A DNA stretch of 64,000 bases, from contig OX638316.1 in assembly GCA_951812525.1 (NCBI GenBank), forward strand, positions 964,653-1,028,652. The letters run 5' to 3'. Below the pieces are notes generated by a model. That model worked only from the letters and a program-made list of their open reading frames with translations, was not told where the DNA came from and ran no database searches. Position 1 is the first letter of the stretch. Every line of letters begins with the position of its first letter. The position numbers and the translations under genes are program-made. Below, piece after piece: positions 9,954-20,593 of this stretch. The DNA is from an uncultured Poribacteria bacterium. Lineage in GTDB: Bacteria > Poribacteria > WGA-4E > WGA-3G.

Positions 9954-10223
9954 ATGCCAACTGTAGCCATTCCATCCCTCATGCGTAATCTCACAGGCGG
10001 CGAAGAGAGTGTTACCGTTCCTGGTGCCACCGTTCGTGAAGTGATTGACAATTTGGAGAATCGCTATCCGGGCATGAAAGCCCGCTTGCGTGAAGGAGAC
10101 CGCCTTAAGCCCGGTGTTGCTGTGTATATCAACGGCTTGCTCACCCGAGGATCCATCCTCGAACGCGTTGACGCAGACGCAGAGATCCATTTCCTACCCG
10201 CCATCAGTGGTGGCACAACATAA
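9954..10223 (+). CDS. MoaD/ThiS family ubiquitin-like sulfur carrier
   Basis: MPTVAIPSLMRNLTGG...IHFLPAISGGTT; ATG at 9954. Confidence 0.85.
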   Translation: MPTVAIPSLMRNLTGGEESVTVPGATVREVIDNLENRYPGMKARLREGDRLKPGVAVYINGLLTRGSILERVDADAEIHFLPAISGGTT

Positions 10224-10252
10224 CACTCCCACTAAATCACCGCAGATACTTA

Positions 10253-10420
10253 GTTCTTCTGTAGGAGGGATTTCCCAATCCCGACGTATGCTCACAGATG
10301 CCTAATGTATACGTAATGCTAAAATTTACCATACTTCTTCTGTAGGAGGGGTTTCTAACCCCGACACGCTACGATGTCTAGGTAATGCTAAAATCTACCA
10401 TACTTCTTCTGTAGGACGGA
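10253..10420. repeat. tandem array of REP-hairpin + MITE right-end units
   Basis: TTCTTCTGTAGGA occurs three times (GTAG at 10261, 10342, 10411); the first two units end in GTAATGCTAAAAT(T/C)TACCATA. Confidence 0.7.
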
Positions 10421-10716
10421 ACTCCAAATTGTGTGCATAAAGCACAATTTGTCTTAGCTTTACATTTCCCGACTCCTCCGATCCCCGACCTTTCCGTATT
10501 AAGTGATCAAAGCAGAATTTCTGTAGTTAGATTTCGTTTTCAGTGTTTCACCTGCGTTTTGATGTAATAAACGCGCGCAGCATGCGCGAATTCGCGTAAA
10601 AATTAGGCAAAAATGGTGAAACTCCTTAAAGATGGCTTTATTTGCAAAAAAAAGTGATAAAATTGCCAAAAAACAGGTTTCAGGGTCAAAATTATGCTTT
10701 TTTTTTACAAATTAAT

Positions 10717-10745
10717 TTGACAAACATATATGCGGAGGGTATAAT
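10717..10745 (+). promoter_or_regulatory. 16S rRNA promoter
   Basis: Perfect TTGACA-17bp-TATAAT with AT-rich UP region; boxA-like TGTTCTTTGAAA at ~10777. Confidence 0.8.
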
Positions 10746-10865
10746 TAACATTACCTTTCAACAAGGAAGGTGAATTTGTTCTTTGAAAGTTAAATAGTGA
10801 ACGTGACGTGCCAATTTAATAGCTTGTGAGTACACTTCAATTTATTTGAAGGTGTGCTTCAATAC

Positions 10866-12427
<1,562 letters not shown>

Positions 12428-12656
12428 CATTAACAAATGGATTCTCACACAATTCATCTGTTCAAACGCTCTTTACCTTTTACAGACACGCACAAAAACT
12501 ATTTAGCTTTCAAGAACATTTTCTTACAAGATACAGCAATCACTTTGCTATACTCACCAATCCATTTCCCCTTTATTTTTCAATCTAACTCACCTTACCC
12601 AGCTTGTGATTTAAGACTGGCTCTCTCTGCCTTCTTATCTCCTTTAACAAATTAAC

Positions 12657-12685
12657 TTGACAAACCCTTTTTCAGGATGTATAAT
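12657..12685 (+). promoter_or_regulatory. promoter for tRNA-Ile (copy of the 16S promoter cassette)
   Basis: TTGACA-17bp-TATAAT with the same flanks as 10717 (ACAAATTAA..TTGACAAAC, GTATAATTAACATT). Confidence 0.75.
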
Positions 12686-12736
12686 TAACATTGCTCCTGA
12701 ACAAGAAATATCTCCCTTCTCCAAGACCCCTCTCGT

Positions 12737-12810
12737 GGGCTTATAGCTCAGACGGTTAGAGCGCGCGCCTGATAAGCGCGAGGTCCCTGGTTCGATTCCA
12801 GGTAAGCCCA
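12737..12810 (+). tRNA. tRNA-Ile(GAT)
   Basis: GGGCTTATAGCTCAG...CTGATAA...GGTTCGATTCC...AAGCCCA cloverleaf; CCA not encoded. Confidence 0.95.
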
Positions 12811-13103
12811 CTTTTTCATATCCCCTTTTTTACACTACTTTCAATTCTCCGAGTGTCTCCTCTCACATCCGACGTTAACAGGCGAAATTTGCATTTTTTC
12901 TCACCACAAATCCTTCCCGCTCCGAAGAAATGTTACTCAACAGCGACAGTGAGGCATAGAAAGAAATTTCACTGAAGAAAAAGCAGTAAATCAGGTTCTA
13001 ATAAAGTAGGACCATGGACTAAGATAGCTTTTCCCTAAGGGTTGTTTCGGGTTTCGTATTTGCCGAAAACGCGCAAGTTGGGAACTCGTACAAGGAAAAT
13101 ACC

Positions 13104-14609
13104 ATGCTAATCACACTCATCCGTCGAGAAATACTCGACAATCTGATGACATTCCGATTCGCTGCTGCAGTCTTCATTACACTGTTACTCGTTATTGCTA
13201 CCACCGTCGTGCTCATCAAGGATTACGAGCGGCGTTTGGCAGACTACAACACTGCTGTCAAAACGCATCATCAGCAATCGCTGGAGAAAAAAACCTATTC
13301 AGATGGAATATTTAACGTTGATCGACCGCCCAACCCGTTGAGTCTATTCAATGTAGGACTGGATAAACAACTCGGTAATCAAGTAGAGGTTTATCACGGT
13401 TTTGTGCCGACGCTGTGGGATGCTCAAATGCACGGCTCGGATAATCCGATCATGAATATCTTCTCTTCGATCGATATTGTTTTTATTTTTGAGGTAGTTC
13501 TCAGTTTATTGGCACTCATATTCGCCTACGATGCCCTCGCCGGGGAACGCGAGCGTGGTACACTACGCTTAGTGTTGACGCATGCTGTCAGTCGTGGATA
13601 CATTCTACTTGCCAAATATGTTAGCGCAATGATGTGTCTGCTCGTGCCGTTATTAATCAGTATGCTACTGGCAGTGATGCTGCTAACGACATCTACCTCT
13701 TTTTCTCTCAACGCTGATGATTTTCTCCGCATCGCTGGCATAATTTTTACTTCTATCGTTTATCTGTCCGTATTTTATCTCATCGGTATGCTCATTTCTG
13801 CAATGACGCGCCGGACCGCCACTGCCCTTATGCTCTCTATGTTCGTCTGGGGATTTTTGGTGCTGGTCTATCCAAATGTGATTCTCGCTGCGCTTACCCC
13901 TCACGATACTCCAGAAACGCGCACAGCATCCACCTTCAGTCAAATTGAACAATTATGGGAAGAATTCGACAGAGAACACAAACAATACCTTAAAAATGAT
14001 GCTGTGCCAGGAGAGAGTCCTGGTTTTAACATGGGCTGGGTCGGATCGTCTACAAGGCGTTTCACAAAAAATGCAGCAACATTAAAGTATTCCTATCAAA
14101 ATACTTTCCGCATAGAAAAACTCAATGAGAGATCTGAGCCCAAGGTGCCTCATGTCCAGAGTTATTACCAGTTTCTGGTACCGTTGACTCTCAACACGGC
14201 AAATCAAACCTGGCTCCTCCGAAAACCTGCCCTTGAGGAAATCTTTGTGAAGCCAGCGTTAGTCGATAGAATCCTTTTGAAGCTGTCACCAGTCGGGATG
14301 TACGATGCAGCAACACAAGCTTGGGCAGGGACAGATCTTTTTGGGATCGAAGACTTCTTCAGTGCTGCCCAACGTTACCGACAGACTGTGATCGATTACT
14401 TCTACGATAAAAAGGCATTTGCGTCTCGACAATGGTTCGCTGCAGATAAAGGCGCAGTGGACTGGAGCACACTCCCTCAATTCTTTTTTCAGAAAAGTGA
14501 TGTCGGCATAAACGCTAAGCGAGCATTGCCGGATGTGAGTCTTTTGCTGACGATTAATGTAGTTCTTTTCGTAGTTATATTTCTAATTTTCGTCAAAAGT
14601 GAAGTATAG
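13104..14609 (+). CDS. ABC-2 type permease, type A copy 1 (DUF3526-like large extracytoplasmic loops)
   Basis: LIRREILDNL, AGERERGTLRLVL ABC-2 coupling motif, ~6 TM segments. Confidence 0.85.
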   Translation: MLITLIRREILDNLMTFRFAAAVFITLLLVIATTVVLIKDYERRLADYNTAVKTHHQQSLEKKTYSDGIFNVDRPPNPLSLFNVGLDKQLGNQVEVYHGFVPTLWDAQMHGSDNPIMNIFSSIDIVFIFEVVLSLLALIFAYDALAGERERGTLRLVLTHAVSRGYILLAKYVSAMMCLLVPLLISMLLAVMLLTTSTSFSLNADDFLRIAGIIFTSIVYLSVFYLIGMLISAMTRRTATALMLSMFVWGFLVLVYPNVILAALTPHDTPETRTASTFSQIEQLWEEFDREHKQYLKNDAVPGESPGFNMGWVGSSTRRFTKNAATLKYSYQNTFRIEKLNERSEPKVPHVQSYYQFLVPLTLNTANQTWLLRKPALEEIFVKPALVDRILLKLSPVGMYDAATQAWAGTDLFGIEDFFSAAQRYRQTVIDYFYDKKAFASRQWFAADKGAVDWSTLPQFFFQKSDVGINAKRALPDVSLLLTINVVLFVVIFLIFVKSEV

Positions 14610-14657
14610 AATAGTTTTCAGTACCCAGTACTCAGTATCCAGTACCGATAACCAATT

Positions 14658-16064
14658 ATGATTTGGCATATTGCGAAACGCGAACTCTACGATAACCTGC
14701 ACAGTCTTCGATTTGCCCTAACCACTATACTGCTATTGGGGTTGATGCTAACCAATGCGGTTGTGCACATCAAAGAGCACCCGATTCGGACCCAGAAGTA
14801 TAATGCTTCAGTCACGGAATCTCTGAATGTTTTAAGGGATCGTGCAAACAATTTGTATGAACTCGCACGAGAGGGGCCCGGACTACTTCACAAAAAGCCA
14901 TCCGCACTTCACTTCTGTGCCGAAGGTGGCGAACCCTTTTTGTCAGACGTTGTTGGTGGTGCCTTTCTTTGGTCTACCAGCAGTGGTTTAAAGGGTTTCT
15001 GGCGGTTAGATTATCCATCCGCCACCCCTAATTTGACAAATATTCGCCCAAATATCACAAAGGTAGATTGGGTATTCATTATCTGCTATGCCCTGAGTCT
15101 GATTGCACTCCTGTTCACCTTTGACAGCATCTCCGGCGAACGCGAGCACGGCACGCTGAGATTGATGCTTGCAAATCCGATCCCACGTCACACTGTGTTG
15201 ATAGGCAAGTTCTTAGGAGCGTTGATAAGCATCAACATTCCCTTCACTCTTGCCGTATTGATGAATCTGCTGGTCATTTCTATGTCGACCGCCGTGCAAC
15301 TCGACGGCACTGCGTGGGGACGTTTAGGTATCATTTTGTTTATCGCTGTTCTGTACATAAGCCTTTTTCTGGCGTTAGGTCTATTAGTTTCTGCCCGTGT
15401 TTCGCAAAGTGCCGTGAGTCTTGTGACGCTTCTACTGATTTGGGTTACTTTCGTAATCTTTGTGCCGAGTACGCTCGCCTCCATTACGGGTGGATTCTCA
15501 TCGCCGATGTCCCGCGATGAATTTCGGAAACGTCGAGATGAACTATATTCGGAACGTTGGAAACGATACGACGATTATCTTTTTGAAGTGTTTGAACCAT
15601 CTAAAATAATACAATTCAAAGGTAAACATGTTACCGAGGAAGCGGCAGAACAGGAACGCTTGAGCGAAGAACACTTAATGCAACAGGTGCGTCAGGTTAA
15701 ATTCGCGCGCGCTACAACACAGATATCACCGGCAGCGATTTCCCAACACCTCTTTGAATCCTTGGCAGGAACGGGTTTCGAGCGGTATCTGCAATTCTTA
15801 GAGAATACTAAATCTTATGCCCAGCAATTTCGGGCATTCATCATTGACGCCGATAGGGGAGATCCAGAGAGTCTCCATATCATTGGCATCCGTGAGGGTA
15901 TGTCACAGAAACCTGTCAGTTCAGAGGCGATTCCAAAATTTGAAGATACGCTGAGTCTGAGTAAGGATTTCAATACCGCTGCTATAGAGTTGCTGCTGTT
16001 AGGGATGTTTTTCATAGTGCTTTTGTCAGGAGCGTATTTGGCATTTGTGCGCGTTGAGGTATAA
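14658..16064 (+). CDS. ABC-2 type permease, type B copy 1
   Basis: MIWHIAKRELYDNL, FDSISGEREHGTLRLML, LAGTG. Confidence 0.85.
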   Translation: MIWHIAKRELYDNLHSLRFALTTILLLGLMLTNAVVHIKEHPIRTQKYNASVTESLNVLRDRANNLYELAREGPGLLHKKPSALHFCAEGGEPFLSDVVGGAFLWSTSSGLKGFWRLDYPSATPNLTNIRPNITKVDWVFIICYALSLIALLFTFDSISGEREHGTLRLMLANPIPRHTVLIGKFLGALISINIPFTLAVLMNLLVISMSTAVQLDGTAWGRLGIILFIAVLYISLFLALGLLVSARVSQSAVSLVTLLLIWVTFVIFVPSTLASITGGFSSPMSRDEFRKRRDELYSERWKRYDDYLFEVFEPSKIIQFKGKHVTEEAAEQERLSEEHLMQQVRQVKFARATTQISPAAISQHLFESLAGTGFERYLQFLENTKSYAQQFRAFIIDADRGDPESLHIIGIREGMSQKPVSSEAIPKFEDTLSLSKDFNTAAIELLLLGMFFIVLLSGAYLAFVRVEV

Positions 16065-16067
16065 CAG

Positions 16068-17579
16068 ATGATGATGACACTTATACGTCGAGAGATCCTC
16101 GACAATCTGATGACATTCCGATTTGCTGCGGCAGTCTTCATTATGCTGCTACTTGTTGTCGCGAATACCGCTGTGCTTATTCAAGATTACGAGCGACGGT
16201 TGGCAGGGCACAACACCGCTGTTAAAATGCATCAGCGGCAACTCCATGAGAAAAAGACTTATTCCGCAGGGATGGAGAAATTATTGGTAGATCGTCCGCC
16301 GAATCCATTGAGCATTCTCAATGCCGGGTTCGATAAACGGCTCGGAAACGAGGTCTTGGCATCACACGGATATGTTCCGTCACTCTGGGACGCAAACATG
16401 CACGGATCGGACAATCCGTTTATGGATATGTTCGCTTCAATGAATATCGTCTTTATCCTTGAGGTTGTCCTTAGCCTATTAGCACTAATTTTCGCCTATG
16501 ACGCTTTTGCGGGAGAATATGAGAACGGCACATTACGTCTGGTCTTGACGCATCCAATCGGTCGTGGATATATCTTGTTCGCCAAATACATCGGTGCAAT
16601 GCTCTGTCTGATCGTCCCGCTGTTGATTAGTTTACTTCTCGCAGTAATTTTGCTGATGATGTCTACCTCTATTTCCCTGAGTACCGATGATTTCTTGCGA
16701 ATCGGCGGTATTATTTTCGCATCTATTGCCTATCTTTCCGTATTCTATCTCATCGGATTGTTGATTTCAGCGGCGACACGTCGGACCAGTACTGCATTGA
16801 TGCTGTCCATGTTCGTGTGGGGGTTTTTGGTGCTGGTGTATCCAAATGTGATTCTTGCCATGATCACGCGTCCTGATGCTTGGCAAGCACACACAGCATC
16901 CACTTTCAATAAAATTGAACAGATATGGGAAGAATTCGACAGAGAACGGAAGCACCTCCTTGCCACCGATGATTTCCCTGGGGAAGATTGGGGTTTCGAA
17001 CTAAGAGGATGGGGATCCCGCTACGCTTACCTTTGGGGTAACCCCCGGTCGCTACTGTACACCTATGAAAGTGTCATGGAGTTTCATGGGTTTGGTGAGA
17101 AAGATGAACACAAGATGCCTCACGCCCAGAATCATTTCCGTTTCTTAGGATCCGAGGTGATTAGCACAGCAGACCGAACATGGCTCATCCGAAAACCCGC
17201 ATTGGAAAATATCTACATCCAACCTGCAAATGTGAAGAGAACTTGGTTGAAACTCTCGCCAGTCGGACTCTATGATGCTACAACACAAGCATTGGCAGGC
17301 ACCGACTTACGAGGTATCAGGGATTTTTTCGACACTGCAAGACAATATAGGCAGCAAGTGGTCGATTATCTCTACGATAAAGAGGCATTCGGATCCCGAC
17401 AATGGTTCTCCTCGGACAAGGAAGCAGCAGATTGGAGCGGCTTATCCCAGTTTTCCTTTCAAAGAGTCAATGCAATCACAAACGCTAAGCGAGCATTGCC
17501 TGATGTGAGCCTGTTGCTGACGATTAATATCGCTCTTTTCATCCTGATATTTCTGATTTTCGTCAAAAGTGAAGTATAG
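16068..17579 (+). CDS. ABC-2 type permease, type A copy 2
   Basis: Paralog of 13104-14609; AGEYENGTLRLVL; ends FVKSEV. Confidence 0.85.
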   Translation: MMMTLIRREILDNLMTFRFAAAVFIMLLLVVANTAVLIQDYERRLAGHNTAVKMHQRQLHEKKTYSAGMEKLLVDRPPNPLSILNAGFDKRLGNEVLASHGYVPSLWDANMHGSDNPFMDMFASMNIVFILEVVLSLLALIFAYDAFAGEYENGTLRLVLTHPIGRGYILFAKYIGAMLCLIVPLLISLLLAVILLMMSTSISLSTDDFLRIGGIIFASIAYLSVFYLIGLLISAATRRTSTALMLSMFVWGFLVLVYPNVILAMITRPDAWQAHTASTFNKIEQIWEEFDRERKHLLATDDFPGEDWGFELRGWGSRYAYLWGNPRSLLYTYESVMEFHGFGEKDEHKMPHAQNHFRFLGSEVISTADRTWLIRKPALENIYIQPANVKRTWLKLSPVGLYDATTQALAGTDLRGIRDFFDTARQYRQQVVDYLYDKEAFGSRQWFSSDKEAADWSGLSQFSFQRVNAITNAKRALPDVSLLLTINIALFILIFLIFVKSEV

Positions 17580-17627
17580 AATAGTTTTCAGTACTCAGTA
17601 CTCAGGACCCACTACCCAGGACCCCCA

Positions 17628-19040
17628 ATGATTTGGCATATTGCGAAACGTGAACTCTATGATAATTTAAATAGTCTTCGATTTGCGCTTGCAACAATGT
17701 TACTGCTGGGCTTAATGTTGACCAACGCAATTACACATCTCCGAGAACACCCAGAGCGGGTTCAAAAATACCGTGATGCTGTTGCTAAACATCAAAGTCT
17801 CTTAACATCTCATGCCGAGAACAGTTTATATGAACTGGCGCAACAAGGACCTGGAAGGCTCTATAAACAGCCGTCTCCCCTCCGTTTCTGTGCTGAAGGC
17901 GGGGAAACCTTCTTGTCAGATCATGCAGAAGGCGGCTACCATCGTTGGAGCACCGACACATTAAAAAGTTTCTGGATACTGGTATATCCATCGGTTACGC
18001 CCAATGTGGACAATGTTCACCCAGAAGTCACCAAAGTGGATTGGAGCTTTATAATAGGGTACGTCTTAAGCCTGATCGCGCTTCTGTTTACTTTCGATTC
18101 GATCTCCAGCGAGCGCGAGCGAGGCACGCTGCGATTGACCTTAGCGAATTCAATTCCGCGCCACACCGTGTTGATTGGTAAGTTTTTGGGAGCATTGATA
18201 AGTATCAACATCCCGTTTATACTTGCTGTGCTGGTGAATCTGTTGGTGATCTCTACGTCAAGTAATGTTCATCTCGGTACTGAGGCGTGGGAACGTTTAG
18301 GTATTATCTTCATTATTGCGATCTTGTACATGTGCCTTTTTCTGGTATTGGGTTTGTTAGTATCGGCGCGTGTACAACGGAGTGCTGTAAGTCTTGTTAT
18401 ACTCCTGTTGGTTTGGGTCACATTTGTGGTTTTTATGCCGGGGACCCTTGCCTCTATTGCCGGTGGTTCCGCATCATCCGGACCCACTCGCGGATTTTAT
18501 GAATACTCTTGGCAAGTCCATAATGAACTGTCAGCTCAATATAGAAGTCGCCGACGTAACGCCAGCGAGAATTCAACCCAAAAAGTACAATCAGCGGGTG
18601 AGTACGTTATCAAAGATGCTGAACAGCAGGAACGGTTGCATGAAGAACGCTTAAAACAGCGGATTGATCAGGTGAATCGGGCGCGCATCATCACTCGTCT
18701 TTCGCCTGTTACGATTGCCCAGCACCTTCTTGAATCCTTCGCCGCAACTGGTTTTGAGCGGCATCTACAATTTTTAGAGAATGTTCAATCGTACGCCCGA
18801 CAATTCCGAGTATTCATTGCTGACTCCGATAAAGCCGATCCAGAGAGTCTCCATATCCTTGGCGTTCGGGCAGGCATGTCCGAGAAGCCTGTCAGTCCAG
18901 AAGCGGTCCCCAAATTTGAAGACGCGCTTAACCTCAGCAAAGACTTCAATATAGCTGCGACGGAGTTGATGCTGTTGATGCTGTTCGTTGTGGTGCTAAT
19001 GTCAGGAGCGTATCTTGCGTTTGTGCGCGCTGAGGTATAA
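17628..19040 (+). CDS. ABC-2 type permease, type B copy 2
   Basis: Paralog of 14658-16064; SERERGTLRL. Confidence 0.85.
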   Translation: MIWHIAKRELYDNLNSLRFALATMLLLGLMLTNAITHLREHPERVQKYRDAVAKHQSLLTSHAENSLYELAQQGPGRLYKQPSPLRFCAEGGETFLSDHAEGGYHRWSTDTLKSFWILVYPSVTPNVDNVHPEVTKVDWSFIIGYVLSLIALLFTFDSISSERERGTLRLTLANSIPRHTVLIGKFLGALISINIPFILAVLVNLLVISTSSNVHLGTEAWERLGIIFIIAILYMCLFLVLGLLVSARVQRSAVSLVILLLVWVTFVVFMPGTLASIAGGSASSGPTRGFYEYSWQVHNELSAQYRSRRRNASENSTQKVQSAGEYVIKDAEQQERLHEERLKQRIDQVNRARIITRLSPVTIAQHLLESFAATGFERHLQFLENVQSYARQFRVFIADSDKADPESLHILGVRAGMSEKPVSPEAVPKFEDALNLSKDFNIAATELMLLMLFVVVLMSGAYLAFVRAEV

Positions 19041-19043
19041 TAG

Positions 19044-20546
19044 ATGCTAATAACACTCATTCGTCGAGAACTGCTTGATAATCTAATGACATTTCGATTT
19101 GCGGTAGCAATCTTTATCATGTTACTGCTTGTCGTCGCAAATACCGCTGTGCTTCTCAAGGATTATGACAAACGATTAGCAAGTTACAACACAGCCGTCA
19201 AAAAGAATCGGCAGGAACTGCTGGAAACAAAAACCTATTCAGCAGGACACATAAGCCTTAACCGCGCCCCTAACCCGCTGAGTATCTTCAACATCGGTTT
19301 AGATAAACGACTGGGAAACGAGATTTGGATATCCTATGTATATATGCCGACACTCTGGGATGCCAACAAGCACGGGACAGATAATCCGTTTCTCAACCTC
19401 TTTACTTCCATTGATCTTGTTCTTATCTTTCAGAGTGTCCTCAGTTTGCTGGCACTGATCTTCGCCTACGACTCTCTTGCTGGAGAATACGAGCGTGGTA
19501 CACTGCGTTTAGTCCTGACACATCCCGTTGGTCGTGGGTATATCTTATTTGCCAAATACATCGGTGCGATGATCTGCCTTCTTGTGCCGCTGCTGATGAG
19601 CATACTCCTCTCTCTGATTTTGTTGACCACATCTCCTTCGATCTCCCTAAGTACCGATGATTTTCTCCGTATTGGTGGAATCGTGTTTACATCGCTGGTG
19701 TATCTCTCACTGTTTTACCTTATCGGCATGCTCATTTCCGCAATGACGCGCCGGACGAGTACCGCACTCATGCTGGCGATGTTCGTCTGGGGATTTTTGG
19801 TGCCTGTCTATCCAAACATGATTCTTACAGCAGTTGAAACCGCTCCGAAAATAGGGACAGAAGCCTCCGCTTACAATCAGATTAAACAGATATGGGAAAA
19901 ACATGACAGAGAACAAAAGCAGTTTCTCGCCAATGATGCTTTTCCCGGAGACGATTGGGATTTTAACCTGATTGGAACTGGCTACAGCTTTTGGGGTGGC
20001 GAAGATGACCCTTTAACATTGCACTATTACGACTACACCGGATCCCACCTTGAAACCCTTGAAGAGAAATACGAACTGCGAGTGCCACACGCCCAGAATT
20101 ATCACCACTTCCTCGGAACCAACATCATCAACACCGTAGAACGAGCGTGGCTCATCCGAAAACCAGCATTAGAGACTATCTACCTCCAGCCTGCAAGGAT
20201 TGGGAGAATGTTGTTAAAGGTTTCACCAGTTGGGTTGTATGATGGGGCAACCGAAGCCTGGGCAGGGACAGATCTCAAGAGTATCCAAGACTTTTTCTCA
20301 GCAGCGCAACGCCACCGACGAGCAATCGTTAACCATTTTTACGACAAAGAGATATTCGCATCTCGAAAATGGTTTACCGCCGACCAAGGCGCAGTTGACT
20401 GGAACACACTACCCCAATTCTCTTTTCAGAGAAGTGATATAGGTACAAATGCAAAGCGAGCGTTGCCAGATTTGTTTTTACTAATGATGATTAACATAAT
20501 CCTGTTCACAATAATTCTTCTGATTTTCGTCAAGAGCGAAGTGTAG
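19044..20546 (+). CDS. ABC-2 type permease, type A copy 3
   Basis: Paralog; AGEYERGTLRLVL; ends FVKSEV. Confidence 0.85.
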   Translation: MLITLIRRELLDNLMTFRFAVAIFIMLLLVVANTAVLLKDYDKRLASYNTAVKKNRQELLETKTYSAGHISLNRAPNPLSIFNIGLDKRLGNEIWISYVYMPTLWDANKHGTDNPFLNLFTSIDLVLIFQSVLSLLALIFAYDSLAGEYERGTLRLVLTHPVGRGYILFAKYIGAMICLLVPLLMSILLSLILLTTSPSISLSTDDFLRIGGIVFTSLVYLSLFYLIGMLISAMTRRTSTALMLAMFVWGFLVPVYPNMILTAVETAPKIGTEASAYNQIKQIWEKHDREQKQFLANDAFPGDDWDFNLIGTGYSFWGGEDDPLTLHYYDYTGSHLETLEEKYELRVPHAQNYHHFLGTNIINTVERAWLIRKPALETIYLQPARIGRMLLKVSPVGLYDGATEAWAGTDLKSIQDFFSAAQRHRRAIVNHFYDKEIFASRKWFTADQGAVDWNTLPQFSFQRSDIGTNAKRALPDLFLLMMINIILFTIILLIFVKSEV

Positions 20547-20593
20547 AATAGTTGTCAGTACCAGTACTCAATACCCAGCACCCATAACTAATT

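Noticed and set aside
10253-10420. Possible CRISPR array
   Set aside because: Only three degenerate units, the 'spacers' are mutually similar, the unit recurs singly elsewhere and no cas genes are present; better explained as REP/MITE repeats.
14590-14609. C-terminal SEV/VEV ends as eukaryotic PDZ-binding motifs
   Set aside because: ABC-2 permeases commonly end in F-x-R/K-x-D/E-V/L right after the last TM; no need to invoke host mimicry.
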